Below the pieces are notes generated by a model. It made no database searches. It was given only the letters and a program-made list of their open reading frames with translations, and was not told the origin of the DNA. The position numbers and the translations under genes were made by a program. A DNA stretch of 43,573 bases, taken from positions 1 to 43,573 of the forward strand of contig CAZQHD010000002.1 in the NCBI GenBank assembly GCA_964593295.1, in the 5' to 3' direction. This stretch comes from an uncultured Thermotogae bacterium (lineage in GTDB: Bacteria; Bipolaricaulota; Bipolaricaulia; UBA7950; UBA9294). This document shows, piece after piece, positions 1 through 8,777 of this stretch. The stretch's first letter is position 1, and each line of letters starts with the position of its first letter.

Positions 1-100
1 GGCAGTAGACACAAGAGTACGAGCAGGTCTTCGGCGGGATGTTGTTGATGCCTAGACTACGCCCCAGACGCCGCGATGGGACAGGTCCGAACGCAAGCAT
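1..100 (-). CDS. radical SAM protein, N-terminal fragment (gene continues past the window start)
   Basis: The reverse complement of 1-100 reads [33 protein letters not shown]. This contains the CxxxCxxC radical SAM cluster motif. AGGAGG (reverse complement of 106-111) lies 5 nt upstream of the ATG. An in-frame alternative ATG is at 187. The ORF is absent from the track because it is open-ended. Confidence 0.75.
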   Translation of the reverse strand, partial: MLAFGPVPSRRLGRSLGINNIPPKTCSYSCVYC

Positions 101-460
101 GGCCACCTCCTGACCGAGGCTCATGAAGAGCTGACCCCAACCACCTGTTGGCAACGACCGGCAGCTTGTCATCTGCCCGTAGTCCATTGGCCGTTCTCCA
201 TGAGAACCTATTCATCCCAAGCAAGTAGACTACTCCTTGGGTGGCTGTGAGTCCAGCGTGGGGATCTGGGCTTTCGCCCGTAGCAGAGACGTCAAGAATG
301 GGCTTGGGAAGGCGATTGACCTGAATCGACTGCAGTGACTCGGCAGCGCTTGGGAGTTGCTCGAGAAGGCTCCCTTCGTCCGACGACCTCGCTGTTTGTG
401 CGGATCCCCCGGGACGGTGTATGCTGGCGGTTTCTCCAGGCTTCTCAAGAAGGAAGGTGA

Positions 461-1171
461 ATGCCGATCGCTGTATCCATGATCATTCGTACGCTGGTTC
501 TCGACTTTGACGGGCTGATTCTGGACACGGAGACGCCGATGCGCGACGCTTGGCACGAGCTGCTCAAGGAACATCGCCTCTGCATCTCTGAGGAGGACTG
601 GGCCCGGATGCTCGGTTCGTCGGAAGACCCTGTCGAGATCTACAACGTGCTTGAGGACCATCTTGGGCGTCCGGTGGACCGAGGCGCGCTGCGTGAACGC
701 CGTATGATCCGAGAACTGGAGCTTCTTTCTAAGAACGGGGTGCTCCCTGGGGTACGGGAGATCATTGCCGAAGCGAAGTCGATGGGGTTGAAGCTGGCGA
801 TTGCGTCGAGCTCCGATCATGCCTGGGTGGAGGGCCTGTTGAGCCGGCATGCGCTGCAGATCATGTTCGATGTGATCGTCTGCTCGGACGATGTCGAACG
901 AACCAAGCCGTTTCCCGATCTGTACCAGACGGCGCTGGAGCGGCTCAACGTTCTGTCGACCGAGGCGATCGCGTTCGAGGACTCGCAGCACGGTGTGCTG
1001 GCGGCCAAACGGGCAGGGCTGTTCTGTGTGGCAGTCCCGAACGATGTGACGCGGTGTCTTTCCTTTGCGGACGCGGATCTTGTTGTGGATCGAATCGATG
1101 ACCGAACGATCTGTGAGTACATCCGTCTGGCTCTCCATCGCGATGCCCTGTCGAACGATGCGGCTGTCTAG
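461..1171 (+). CDS. HAD-superfamily hydrolase, subfamily IA (phosphatase / beta-phosphoglucomutase-like)
   Basis: HAD motif I LVLDFDGLILDTE, motif II IASSS, a conserved Lys in RTKPFPD, and motif IV AFEDSQHG. A GAAGGAAGG Shine-Dalgarno sequence precedes the ATG. Confidence 0.85.
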   Translation: MPIAVSMIIRTLVLDFDGLILDTETPMRDAWHELLKEHRLCISEEDWARMLGSSEDPVEIYNVLEDHLGRPVDRGALRERRMIRELELLSKNGVLPGVREIIAEAKSMGLKLAIASSSDHAWVEGLLSRHALQIMFDVIVCSDDVERTKPFPDLYQTALERLNVLSTEAIAFEDSQHGVLAAKRAGLFCVAVPNDVTRCLSFADADLVVDRIDDRTICEYIRLALHRDALSNDAAV

Positions 1172-1315
1172 ACGCAGCTGTGGGTTGAGAAGCATCGACA
1201 GCCTTTCCTTGAAGCGAAGACATGAAGCAGCTGAAGAAGTGAAAGAGGTGTTCCTCGTGTTGACTCGCTTTGCCCTTCCATGCTACGTTCCTTTCAGAAC
1301 TAAGGAGGTCTACCC

Positions 1316-2209
1316 ATGAAAAGAGGCTTGCTGGTCCTGTTTCTGTTGAGTGCTCTGGCAATAAGTGCATCGGCGGACGTCTTCATCGTTGCTTCAGACA
1401 TTCCGTGGCAACCGTTCGAGATGATCACTGACGAGGGAGAGTTCTTCGGTTTCGATCTCGATCTCATGCGCGCCATTGCCGTGACGGCGGGGTTTGAGAT
1501 CGAGATTCGGAACGTTGCCTTCGACGCGATCATTGAAGAGGTCCGCACGGGGCGTGCACACATCGGGGCGTCCGGGTTCACGATCACTGAAGAACGTGAA
1601 CAGGCCGTCGATTTCTCTGACCCCTACTTCCTGTCGAATCAGGCAGTTGTGATCCGCAAGGACTCCGGCCTGAACATCATCACCGCCCTGGCAGGCCAGG
1701 GACCGAACAAGGCGATCGGCGGACAAAACGCCACCACCGGACTCTGGTGGGGAGAGGATCATCTTGAGGCGTTCGGTGTGAGCATGCGGGGATATGAGAC
1801 CTACCCCGCCGCGATCCTTGATCTGGTGAACCGACGGATCGATGCAGTGATCCAGGACGAGCCGGCATCGAAGGCGTCCATCTCCGCCTATCCGGAACTC
1901 CTGACCATCGCCGGCATCATCAACACCTTTGAGTACTTCGGATTCATGGTGGCCAACGGCGATCCTGACGGGCTGCTGCCCAGGATCAACGCGGCGATGG
2001 GTGAGCTGGGGCTGACCGTGGTGGACGCGACCGGGGGACTCCAAGAGCTGGTCATCGCGGACGGTAGCTTCATCGACTCGCTGCTCAAGATCTACTTCGA
2101 GCCTGCCCCGGCGGAGATTACGGCGGCGTGGGTCTCGAACAAGGATCTGATCCTTTCTGGAGATCTTGACGGCTTCATCACAGCGATGATGGTGGAGTTG
2201 GGTCTCTAG
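1316..2209 (+). CDS. polar amino-acid ABC transporter substrate-binding protein (family 3 SBP)
   Basis: Signal peptide MKRGLLVLFLLSALAISASA. Typical SBP_bac_3 blocks FFGFDLDLMRAIA and GASGFTITEEREQAVDFSDPYF. AAGGAGG sits 7 nt upstream of the ATG. The gene heads a transporter operon. Confidence 0.9.
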   Translation: MKRGLLVLFLLSALAISASADVFIVASDIPWQPFEMITDEGEFFGFDLDLMRAIAVTAGFEIEIRNVAFDAIIEEVRTGRAHIGASGFTITEEREQAVDFSDPYFLSNQAVVIRKDSGLNIITALAGQGPNKAIGGQNATTGLWWGEDHLEAFGVSMRGYETYPAAILDLVNRRIDAVIQDEPASKASISAYPELLTIAGIINTFEYFGFMVANGDPDGLLPRINAAMGELGLTVVDATGGLQELVIADGSFIDSLLKIYFEPAPAEITAAWVSNKDLILSGDLDGFITAMMVELGL

Positions 2210-2304
2210 CGAGATCGAGAACAATCCATGGACTGGGAGCCACGGAGAGCGCCTGGCTCCCGGTCTGTTCTATTGCTGGCCGGAAAGGAGTCAATATCGA
2301 CGCG

Positions 2305-3024
2305 TTGGCCCGTCTGTTGCCGTTTGTTCCCCGGCTTCTGCAAGCATCGCTGATCAATGTGGGCTTGGTCGTCGGCCTGCTCTCGGTCGGGTTCGTGGTC
2401 GGCACGTTCATTGCATTGCTCCAGGTGTACGGAGGACGGTGGCCCGGGATCTTCGCCGCTGTGTTCGAGTGGGTCTTCCGAAGCATCCCCGCACTCGTAC
2501 TGCTGTTCTTGTTCTACTACGGGCCACCGCGGTTCGGCCTCGGGATCTCAGCGTTTGCGGCAGCGACGTTCGCCCTTGGCTTCCGTTCTTCTGCGTATCA
2601 GTCGCAGATCTTTCGGGGGGCAATCCAGTCGATCTCGTCCGGGCAGATGATGGCGGCGCGCTCGATGGGGATGGGCACCCTTCGAGCCATTGTCTCGATC
2701 ATCCTTCCCCAAGCGTTTCGGCTGTCGATCCCCGGCTGGAACAACGAGTTCGCCTCTGTGATCAAGGATACCACCCTGGCATACGCTGTGGGATACACCG
2801 AGGTTCTGCGGACGGCTCGCCTGGTCTTCGACACATACTATGATCTGGCGATGCACGTATTGATTGTCGTTGCGTTGGTGTTCCTCGTGCTGACGTACTT
2901 GGGCAACACAGCACTGAGCTTTGTTGAGCAACGGGTAAGCATCCCCGGGCTCCAGATGCCGGGAGCAGGAATCACACGGAGAAGAGGACGAAGGCAACAC
3001 AAGGTGGAGGAAGCGCCACGATAG
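2305..3024 (+). CDS. amino-acid ABC transporter permease (HisM/HisQ/GlnP type)
   Basis: Multi-TM protein with the EAA-type loop GQMMAARSMGMGTLRAIVSIILPQAFRLSIPGWNNEF. The start is non-ATG (TTG) and its position is uncertain. Confidence 0.85.
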   Translation: MARLLPFVPRLLQASLINVGLVVGLLSVGFVVGTFIALLQVYGGRWPGIFAAVFEWVFRSIPALVLLFLFYYGPPRFGLGISAFAAATFALGFRSSAYQSQIFRGAIQSISSGQMMAARSMGMGTLRAIVSIILPQAFRLSIPGWNNEFASVIKDTTLAYAVGYTEVLRTARLVFDTYYDLAMHVLIVVALVFLVLTYLGNTALSFVEQRVSIPGLQMPGAGITRRRGRRQHKVEEAPR

Positions 3025-3040
3025 TGGCCGGGGAGACAGC

Positions 3041-3787
3041 ATGCTGCTGAGGGTGGACGACATACACAAGCGGTACGGTCAAGAGCAGGTCCTGTGTGGC
3101 GTGTCCTTTCAGATGCAACGCGGGGAGACCAAGGTGATCATCGGCCCCTCAGGAACCGGCAAGAGCACACTGCTTCGCTGCATCAACCTCCTGACGCCCG
3201 CCGATCACGGCAGGGTCTGGCTCGAGGACGTCGAGATCACACATGTGAGAACCAACATCAACAGGATTCGTGCACAGATCGGATTCGTGTTTCAGAGCTT
3301 CAACCTGTTTGCCCATCTCACGGCATTGAACAACGTTCGCATTGGTCCGACCAAAGTCAAGAACATGAAGCGCGCGGCGGCAACGACGTTGGCGATGGAA
3401 GAGCTGGAGCGTGTCGGCTTGGGAGACAAGGCCAACGCCTATCCCGCGGAGCTGTCCGGCGGGCAACAACAACGCGTGTCCATCGCACGAGCCCTGGCGA
3501 TGATGCCCAAGCTGATTCTCTTCGACGAACCCACCTCCGCGCTGGATCCGGAGCTGATCGGAGAGGTGCTTGAGGTCATGATCAGCCTGGCCAAGGAAGG
3601 GATGACGATGCTTGTCGTGACGCACGAGATGGGGTTCGCGCGCGCGGTGGCTGATGAGATCATCTTCATGGAGGGCGGCGTCATCGTAGAGCAGGGAGCG
3701 CCGAAGCAGATGTTCAACGATCCGACGCATCAGAGAACGGGCGAGTTCCTGAACAAGATCTCTGAGCTATACGGAGACACGAACTGA
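3041..3787 (+). CDS. amino-acid ABC transporter ATP-binding protein (GlnQ-like)
   Basis: Walker A GPSGTGKST, ABC signature LSGGQQQRVSIARAL, Walker B LILFDEPTSALD, and the H-loop in VVTHEMGFA. Confidence 0.95.
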   Translation: MLLRVDDIHKRYGQEQVLCGVSFQMQRGETKVIIGPSGTGKSTLLRCINLLTPADHGRVWLEDVEITHVRTNINRIRAQIGFVFQSFNLFAHLTALNNVRIGPTKVKNMKRAAATTLAMEELERVGLGDKANAYPAELSGGQQQRVSIARALAMMPKLILFDEPTSALDPELIGEVLEVMISLAKEGMTMLVVTHEMGFARAVADEIIFMEGGVIVEQGAPKQMFNDPTHQRTGEFLNKISELYGDTN

Positions 3788-4455
3788 TGGTCTTCCAGTG
3801 GGAGTGGGTTGCCACGCTGGCCAAAGGACTGCCGCTCACGCTGCAGATCACTTTCACCTGTATTGCGATCGGCATTGTGCTCGGCGTGCTGTTGGCGCTG
3901 GCGCGCGTCTATGGAAATCGCCTGCTACGCGTCCTCTGCTCGATCTACATCCAGTTCTTCCGGGGAACGCCGCTGTTGGTTCAGCTTTTCATCGTATACT
4001 TCGGGTTTCCCGCCTGGGGCATTCGATTCACCGCGTTTGAAAGCGGCATCCTTGCCCTAGGCCTCAACACCGCCGCCTATCAGGCCGAGTACTTCCGAGG
4101 AGCAATTCAGGCAGTCTGCGGCGGGCAGATGATGGCGGCACGATCGTTAGGCATGAGTCTGCCCCAAACCATCCGGCACGTCGTTCTGCCCCAAGCGTTC
4201 CGGCTGGTGCTTCCCGCCTGGTCTAACGAGTTCATTCTCATGCTCAAGTACTCCTCCATCGTTTTCACGGTGACGTTGTTGGATATCATGGGACAGGGGA
4301 AGCGGCTGGCGGCACGGAACTTCCGATACTTCGAAGTCTTCCTGATCGTCGCGGTGTTCTACTTGGTGCTCGTGCTGATCGTCACCGTTGTGCTTCGCCA
4401 GCTGGAACGCAGGATCCGTGTTCCGGGGCTCGGCTCGCCGGCGGAGCATCGGTAG
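3787..4455 (+). CDS. amino-acid ABC transporter permease (second subunit)
   Basis: Paralogous to 2305-3024, with the same GQMMAARSLGMS...LPQAFRLVLPAWSNEF loop. Its ATG overlaps the stop of the ATPase gene (ATGA... at 3785-3789). Confidence 0.9.
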   Translation: MVFQWEWVATLAKGLPLTLQITFTCIAIGIVLGVLLALARVYGNRLLRVLCSIYIQFFRGTPLLVQLFIVYFGFPAWGIRFTAFESGILALGLNTAAYQAEYFRGAIQAVCGGQMMAARSLGMSLPQTIRHVVLPQAFRLVLPAWSNEFILMLKYSSIVFTVTLLDIMGQGKRLAARNFRYFEVFLIVAVFYLVLVLIVTVVLRQLERRIRVPGLGSPAEHR

Positions 4456-4496
4456 ACACGCAGACTTGAAAGCAAGCTCCTTCGGGGGATGAACTG

Positions 4497-4505
4497 TGCT
4501 ATAAT
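4497..4505 (+). promoter_or_regulatory. candidate extended -10 promoter element (TGcTATAAT)
   Basis: TGCTATAAT lies 42 nt upstream of the ATG at 4547, in an otherwise GC-rich intergenic region. I see no good -35 at 17 nt spacing, which is acceptable for an extended -10 promoter. Confidence 0.35.
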
Positions 4506-4546
4506 CCCGGAAGCAAGGCATTGGCATCACAAAGGAGGGCGCGCAC

Positions 4547-5189
4547 ATGCGAGTTCGTAGATGGGGATTCGTTATTTCACTGATTGTCATCGTTGGAATG
4601 GTGTCGGGATGCGGGCTGTTCAACGCAGCACCGGTGGTCAGCTTCTCATGGAGTCCCCAGGATCCCCTCGCCCGATCGGATGTCCAGTTCTCGGACTTGT
4701 CCACCGATGCCGGGGGGGTTGCTTGGCGGCGGCGGGGTCGTGACCTGGCTGTGGAACTTCGGGGATGGGTCTTCGTCTCCGATGCAGCATCCGAAGCATC
4801 AGTACGACAAGGGCGGGCCTTATAGTGTGCAGCTCACGGTGACCGATGGAGGGGGCAAGACAGCGACGGCCATGAGGCAGATCACGGTCACGCCGAGCCT
4901 TGCCGGTCGCTGGACGGGAACACTGACAGATCTGGCGTTCAACTCTGTCGGGATCTCGTTCGAGCTTCAACATTCGGCGTCAGGCGGAATCAGCGGAACA
5001 CTCTATGTTGTGAACGCTGCATTTCCGGTCTCATCCGCGTCGTTCAACGCCGCGACCAAAGAGGTTCAGATCATGTCGGCAACCATCATCTTCCGAGGGA
5101 CGCTGGATGCCAATGAGCGTCGCATCTCGGGATACTGGTACGATCAGTTTGGGGTGCGCGGAGAGGATTGGTCTGTAAGCCTCCTGTAA
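4547..5189 (+). pseudogene. PKD-domain lipoprotein interrupted by a +1 frameshift at a G7 tract (a real pseudogene or an assembly error)
   Basis: Frame of 4547: MRVRRWGFVISLIVIVGMVSGC (lipobox), then PKD strand VSFSWSPQDPLARSDVQFSDLSTDAGG. The PKD consensus continues in the frame of 4584: VVTWLWNFGDGSSSPMQHPKHQYDKGGPYSVQLTVTDGGG. Removing one G from the run at 4712-4718 joins the two halves. Confidence 0.6.
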
Positions 5190-5318
5190 TCCTGGAGGGG
5201 TTGAGATGCGGGGACCACAGGCTAGAGGGCTACAGCCTCCTCCGGTGAGGTGGATGGATCATGGGAGGCCGCCCACCCGAGGGTCCTGCCGATCGTGTGA
5301 TACGGCGGCTGCCTGGGG

Positions 5319-6638
5319 ATGAGTTGGCGAAAGGCCTCTACGGCTGGATGGGGGGGCATGTTGTTGATCGGTCTTGCGCTGATCAACGGATGTCTGCTGT
5401 TTCCGAACGATCCACCAGTTGCGGTCCTGGATGCGTCTGTTCTGCAGGGCGTTGCCCCGCTGGAGGTTCGTTTCGATGCCTCGGGCTCATTCGATCCGGA
5501 CGGACACATCACCGCGTATGCATGGTCGTTTGGGGACGGGAGCTCGGCCGAGGGGGGCGTTGTCATCCATCGATTTGAGGCCCCGGGCCGGTATGAGGTT
5601 CACCTCTCGATCCGCGACAATCGAAGGGCCGCCAGCCATGCAATGGTGATCATCGACGTGGTGGCGTCCAATGATCCGCCCCATGCTCACATCACAGCGA
5701 TTCCTCAACAAGGAGATGCCCCCCTGCTGGTGGCCTTTGACGGCACGGGGTCGAGCGACTCCGACGGGAGCATTGTCTCGTGGGAATGGGAGTTCGGCGA
5801 TGGGGCGTCGGACTCCGGACCGGTGACGTCGCATCGCTATGTGTCTCCGGGAACGTACACGGCGCGGCTGACCGTGACGGACAATCTCTCGTCGACCGCG
5901 ACGGCCTCTCTTGAGATTCACGTCACGGAGCCTCCGCCGTTTACACGCCAGATCACGTGGGAGCATCTGGGAAGATCGTACCATCGATCGGTGTCGATCC
6001 CTGCGTCTCTCTACTACGCATACATCGAGGAGTCCCGTGTGATCGGTCCGGTTCAAGACTACGATACCTACGTCCTCGATCCTCGGGATGATGCGATCAT
6101 GACCGAGATCGCGGCGTGGGTTCGGGGCCAAGTGGGGGGAGACTACCACCTGACGGCTGAGTGTCTCTTCCACTTCGTGCAGGCGGCGGTGGCCTATACT
6201 TACGATCGGCCTGGCTTCGAGTATCCCAAGTACCCGCTGGAGACGCTTGTGGACGAAACCGGGGACTGTGAGGATACCGCGATTCTCTACGCGGCGTTGG
6301 TCCGAACGCTGGGAGCAGGCGCGAAGATCGCCGCGGTGGACACGAGCGGGAACGGCAGTCCGGATCACATGATCACCCTGGTTCCTGTGAGCCAATCCTA
6401 TGCGGATAGCGTCACCTGCCCTCAGGGGCAGGCGAAGAGTTTCTGGACGTATGGAGGACAGCTGTACGCCCTTGCTGAGACCACAGGCTCGCCGGACGTG
6501 CTGGGGGACTATCTCTCCCTTGGCTGCGATCCCTGGGGCCTGGGTGCCGATGACTTCAAGATCGTCTGGGACGTATCTCGCATCTCCATGAATCCCAATG
6601 TGGTGCGATGGTCTCCGGTCTCTGTGCCCGAGCATTGA
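5319..6638 (+). CDS. lipoprotein with two PKD domains and a C-terminal transglutaminase-like (Cys-His) domain
   Basis: Lipoprotein signal ...LIGLALINGC. Two PKD repeats (ITAYAWSFGDGSSAEG...YEVHLSIRDN and IVSWEWEFGDGASDSG...YTARLTVTDN). The C-terminal part has GDCEDTAILYAALVRTLG ... PDHMITLVPV, resembling a transglutaminase-core Cys/His pair. Confidence 0.7.
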   Translation: MSWRKASTAGWGGMLLIGLALINGCLLFPNDPPVAVLDASVLQGVAPLEVRFDASGSFDPDGHITAYAWSFGDGSSAEGGVVIHRFEAPGRYEVHLSIRDNRRAASHAMVIIDVVASNDPPHAHITAIPQQGDAPLLVAFDGTGSSDSDGSIVSWEWEFGDGASDSGPVTSHRYVSPGTYTARLTVTDNLSSTATASLEIHVTEPPPFTRQITWEHLGRSYHRSVSIPASLYYAYIEESRVIGPVQDYDTYVLDPRDDAIMTEIAAWVRGQVGGDYHLTAECLFHFVQAAVAYTYDRPGFEYPKYPLETLVDETGDCEDTAILYAALVRTLGAGAKIAAVDTSGNGSPDHMITLVPVSQSYADSVTCPQGQAKSFWTYGGQLYALAETTGSPDVLGDYLSLGCDPWGLGADDFKIVWDVSRISMNPNVVRWSPVSVPEH

Positions 6639-6732
6639 GACGGCGAAACGCCTGCTTGTCCGAAGGTGCGACTTCATCACGACCGACGGCTTGGTTGATG
6701 GGGCCGCGGACGTCCTCGACAATGAATCCTCC

Positions 6733-7158
6733 ATGCAGAGAAAAAGGGAGCACTCATTGAGGAACGGTTGGTCGCCGCTGGTCATCCTTCTCTGGACTCC
6801 GCGCGTTCTGGCCATGGCCTTCATCCTGTTGATGTCCATGTACACGGTCGATGTCTTCGCTGACGGAAGGGAGTTCTGGGCAACCGGGGCAGCGTTCGTC
6901 CAACGTCTTGTGCCCGCATTCAGCGCACTGTTCGTTCTTCTGCTCGGATGGCGACGAGACGGCCTGGCGGCCTTGGGTTTCCTGGCGTTGTCCGTTGCCT
7001 ACGTCGTTGCGCTGGGAGGATGGGGGGCCTTGCCGGACTCAGCTGTCCTGGTGGTGCCGCCGGCGGGAATCAGCCTGGCGTTCTTTGCGAGGATGAAGCT
7101 GCTCCAGCGGGGCGTACGCACCGGGGTCGACCCGCGCCGGAGCGGGGAGTCTCTGTGA
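6733..7158 (+). CDS. small integral membrane protein, unknown function
   Basis: Four predicted hydrophobic helices (LVILLWTPRVLAMAFILLMSM, LVPAFSALFVLLLGW, LAALGFLALSVAYVVALGGW, AVLVVPPAGISLAFFA). I prefer the internal ATG at 6733 over the track start at 6598, because the first 45 residues look non-coding. Confidence 0.55.
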   Translation: MQRKREHSLRNGWSPLVILLWTPRVLAMAFILLMSMYTVDVFADGREFWATGAAFVQRLVPAFSALFVLLLGWRRDGLAALGFLALSVAYVVALGGWGALPDSAVLVVPPAGISLAFFARMKLLQRGVRTGVDPRRSGESL

Positions 7159-7862
7159 CGAGATACTCGTGGTTGATCCTCGACGCGGATGGCACGCTGC
7201 TTGACTTCGAGGCGGCAGAGCGCCGGGCTCTGAAGCGTACCCCTGAAGAGATCGGCCTGACCGTTCCGCCGGCGTTCCAGGAGACGTATGCATCGGTCAA
7301 CGCCGAGCTCTGGGGCGCTTTCGAACAGGGCCGGATCGGAGCTTGGGATGTCCGGACCCGAAGGTTTCGCGAGGTGTTCCGGCGCCTGCGCCTCGAGGCA
7401 GACCCTGACAGATTCAGCGAATCGTTTCTCCGGAATGTCATCCATGGATCGACATTCATGCACGGGGCAGAGCAGCTGCTGACCGATCTGCGCGGGCGTG
7501 TGCGTCTCCTCCTGTTGACCAATGGTTTCTCAGACGTTCAGAGAGCACGGATTGAGCGACTCGGACTAGAGTCGGCGTTCGACCACGTGATCATCTCCGA
7601 GGAGGTAGGCGTGGCCAAGCCCCAGCGAGCCATCTTCGACCTTGCTCTTGAGCAGATGGGACAGCCGGAACGGGGATCGGTGCTTGTTGTGGGCGACTCG
7701 TTGGCCTCCGACATCCTGGGTGGACTGAGCAGCGATCTGGACACGTGTTGGTTTAACCCTGACCGGGAGCCCTGTCCGACCGAGTTGCGTCCGACCTATG
7801 AGATCGTCTCCTTGGAGGCGCTACCGTCCCTCCTCGGTCTCTGCGAGCCGTTTGATGCGTGA
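7155..7862 (+). CDS. HAD-IA hydrolase, YjjG-like nucleotidase family
   Basis: Motif I LILDADGTLLDF, LLLTNG, KP in VGVAKPQRAIF, and motif IV VVGDSLASDILGG. The GTG start at 7155 overlaps the upstream stop (GTGA). The track's longer N-terminus (6948-7154) lies inside the preceding gene. Confidence 0.8.
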   Translation: MTRYSWLILDADGTLLDFEAAERRALKRTPEEIGLTVPPAFQETYASVNAELWGAFEQGRIGAWDVRTRRFREVFRRLRLEADPDRFSESFLRNVIHGSTFMHGAEQLLTDLRGRVRLLLLTNGFSDVQRARIERLGLESAFDHVIISEEVGVAKPQRAIFDLALEQMGQPERGSVLVVGDSLASDILGGLSSDLDTCWFNPDREPCPTELRPTYEIVSLEALPSLLGLCEPFDA

Positions 7863-8502
7863 ACGCGACCGGGATCGACTGAGACAGGCGTATGCGGACA
7901 ACATCGCGGCGCGGGAAAGGAAGCTCCTTCCCTCTTGGCGGGAGGAGCTTCGGCGTGTTTACCTCCAACGTCTGCGGCGGGCTGACGCCACATCGTTGCT
8001 GGAGATCGGCGCAGGCGTGGGCAAGGACGCTGAGTTCTTCGCCGAGGGCGGGCTCTCGGTCATATGCATCGACCTCACGCCGGAGATGGTCCGGCACTGT
8101 CAGGCCAAGGGACTGCGCGCTGAGGTCATGGATGCTGTCGACCTTTCGTTCCCGGATGAGGTGTTCGATGCGGCGCACTCCGTGAACAGCCTTCTTCATC
8201 TGACGAAGCCTGAACTCGTCGTGGCGTTGGAGGAGGTGCGACGGGTGCTTCGGCCGAACGGGCTCTTCTTCTACGGAACCTGGGGCGGGTTCTGTCACGA
8301 GGGAGTCTACGAGGACGATTCGCTGACGCCTCCACGGTGGTTCTCGTTCCATGATGACGCGACACTTCAGAGAATCTTGGGGAGGTTCTTCGAGGTACTC
8401 TCCTTTGACTCAAGGGCACGCAATCCGATTGACCCCCGGTTCCTGTTTCAGACGAGCTTGCTGCAGAAGCCGTCGCCCGCTACGCTCGAAGTAGGATCTT
8501 GA
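7855..8502 (+). CDS. class I SAM-dependent methyltransferase
   Basis: SAM motif I LLEIGAGVGKDAEFFA, acidic residue in ICIDLTPEMV, and post-II LRPNGLFFYGTWG. The ATG at 7855 overlaps the stop of the preceding HAD gene. Confidence 0.85.
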   Translation: MRERDRDRLRQAYADNIAARERKLLPSWREELRRVYLQRLRRADATSLLEIGAGVGKDAEFFAEGGLSVICIDLTPEMVRHCQAKGLRAEVMDAVDLSFPDEVFDAAHSVNSLLHLTKPELVVALEEVRRVLRPNGLFFYGTWGGFCHEGVYEDDSLTPPRWFSFHDDATLQRILGRFFEVLSFDSRARNPIDPRFLFQTSLLQKPSPATLEVGS

Positions 8503-8516
8503 AAGGAGACCAAGCC

Positions 8517-8777
8517 ATGGCACTGAAGGAGCTTGTGGCGACATCCAACCCTGCTGAGATTGCGCTGATCAAGTCGCTCTTGGAAGGAGAGGGGATCGCC
8601 TACCTGGCCCACGGGGAGAACTTCCACTCGGTGCGCATGCTGGTCGAACCGGTGCGTTTCTTGGTTCCCGAGGAGGAGATGGAACGAGCCCGGCCGCTCG
8701 TGGAGGAGCTCACCCTTTCGTTCGGGACCTACTCCGACTTTCAGGATGGCCAGGGTGTGCAGAACGATCCCCCTTGA
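8517..8777 (+). CDS. DUF2007-like small protein (putative signal-transducing domain)
   Basis: MALKELVATSNPAEIALIKSLLEGEGIAYLAHGENF... matches my recollection of the DUF2007 pattern. AAGGAG sits upstream of the ATG at 8517. The 3' end overlaps the convergent transporter gene. Confidence 0.55.
   Translation: MALKELVATSNPAEIALIKSLLEGEGIAYLAHGENFHSVRMLVEPVRFLVPEEEMERARPLVEELTLSFGTYSDFQDGQGVQNDPP

Noticed and set aside
402-413. GGATCCCCCGGG, identical to the BamHI-SmaI stretch of common cloning polylinkers
   Set aside because: Only 12 nt match, and the flanks do not continue as vector sequence. A GC-rich 12-mer like this can occur by chance.
230-1195. 321-aa minus-strand ORF covering the HAD hydrolase gene
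   Set aside because: It is antisense to a gene with clear HAD motifs. Its translation is Arg/Pro/Ser-rich with no recognisable motif. This is a typical shadow ORF of GC-rich DNA.
4712-4718. Programmed ribosomal frameshifting at the G7 tract
   Set aside because: There is no slippery heptamer of the X_XXY_YYZ type and no obvious downstream stimulatory structure. A second frame break occurs in hflK within another G/C-repeat tract. This makes sequencing error or simple indel mutation the more economical explanation.
5487-6845. 452-aa minus-strand ORF
   Set aside because: It is antisense to the PKD/transglutaminase-like lipoprotein gene. Its composition is Arg-rich and low in information, with no motifs.
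6948-7154. N-terminal extension of the YjjG-like HAD ORF. The same applies to 6598-6732 for the membrane protein and 33123-33320 for the response regulator.
   Set aside because: The extensions overlap the preceding gene or intergenic DNA and look non-coding. Internal starts with coupling or an RBS give proteins that begin at the canonical domain boundary.
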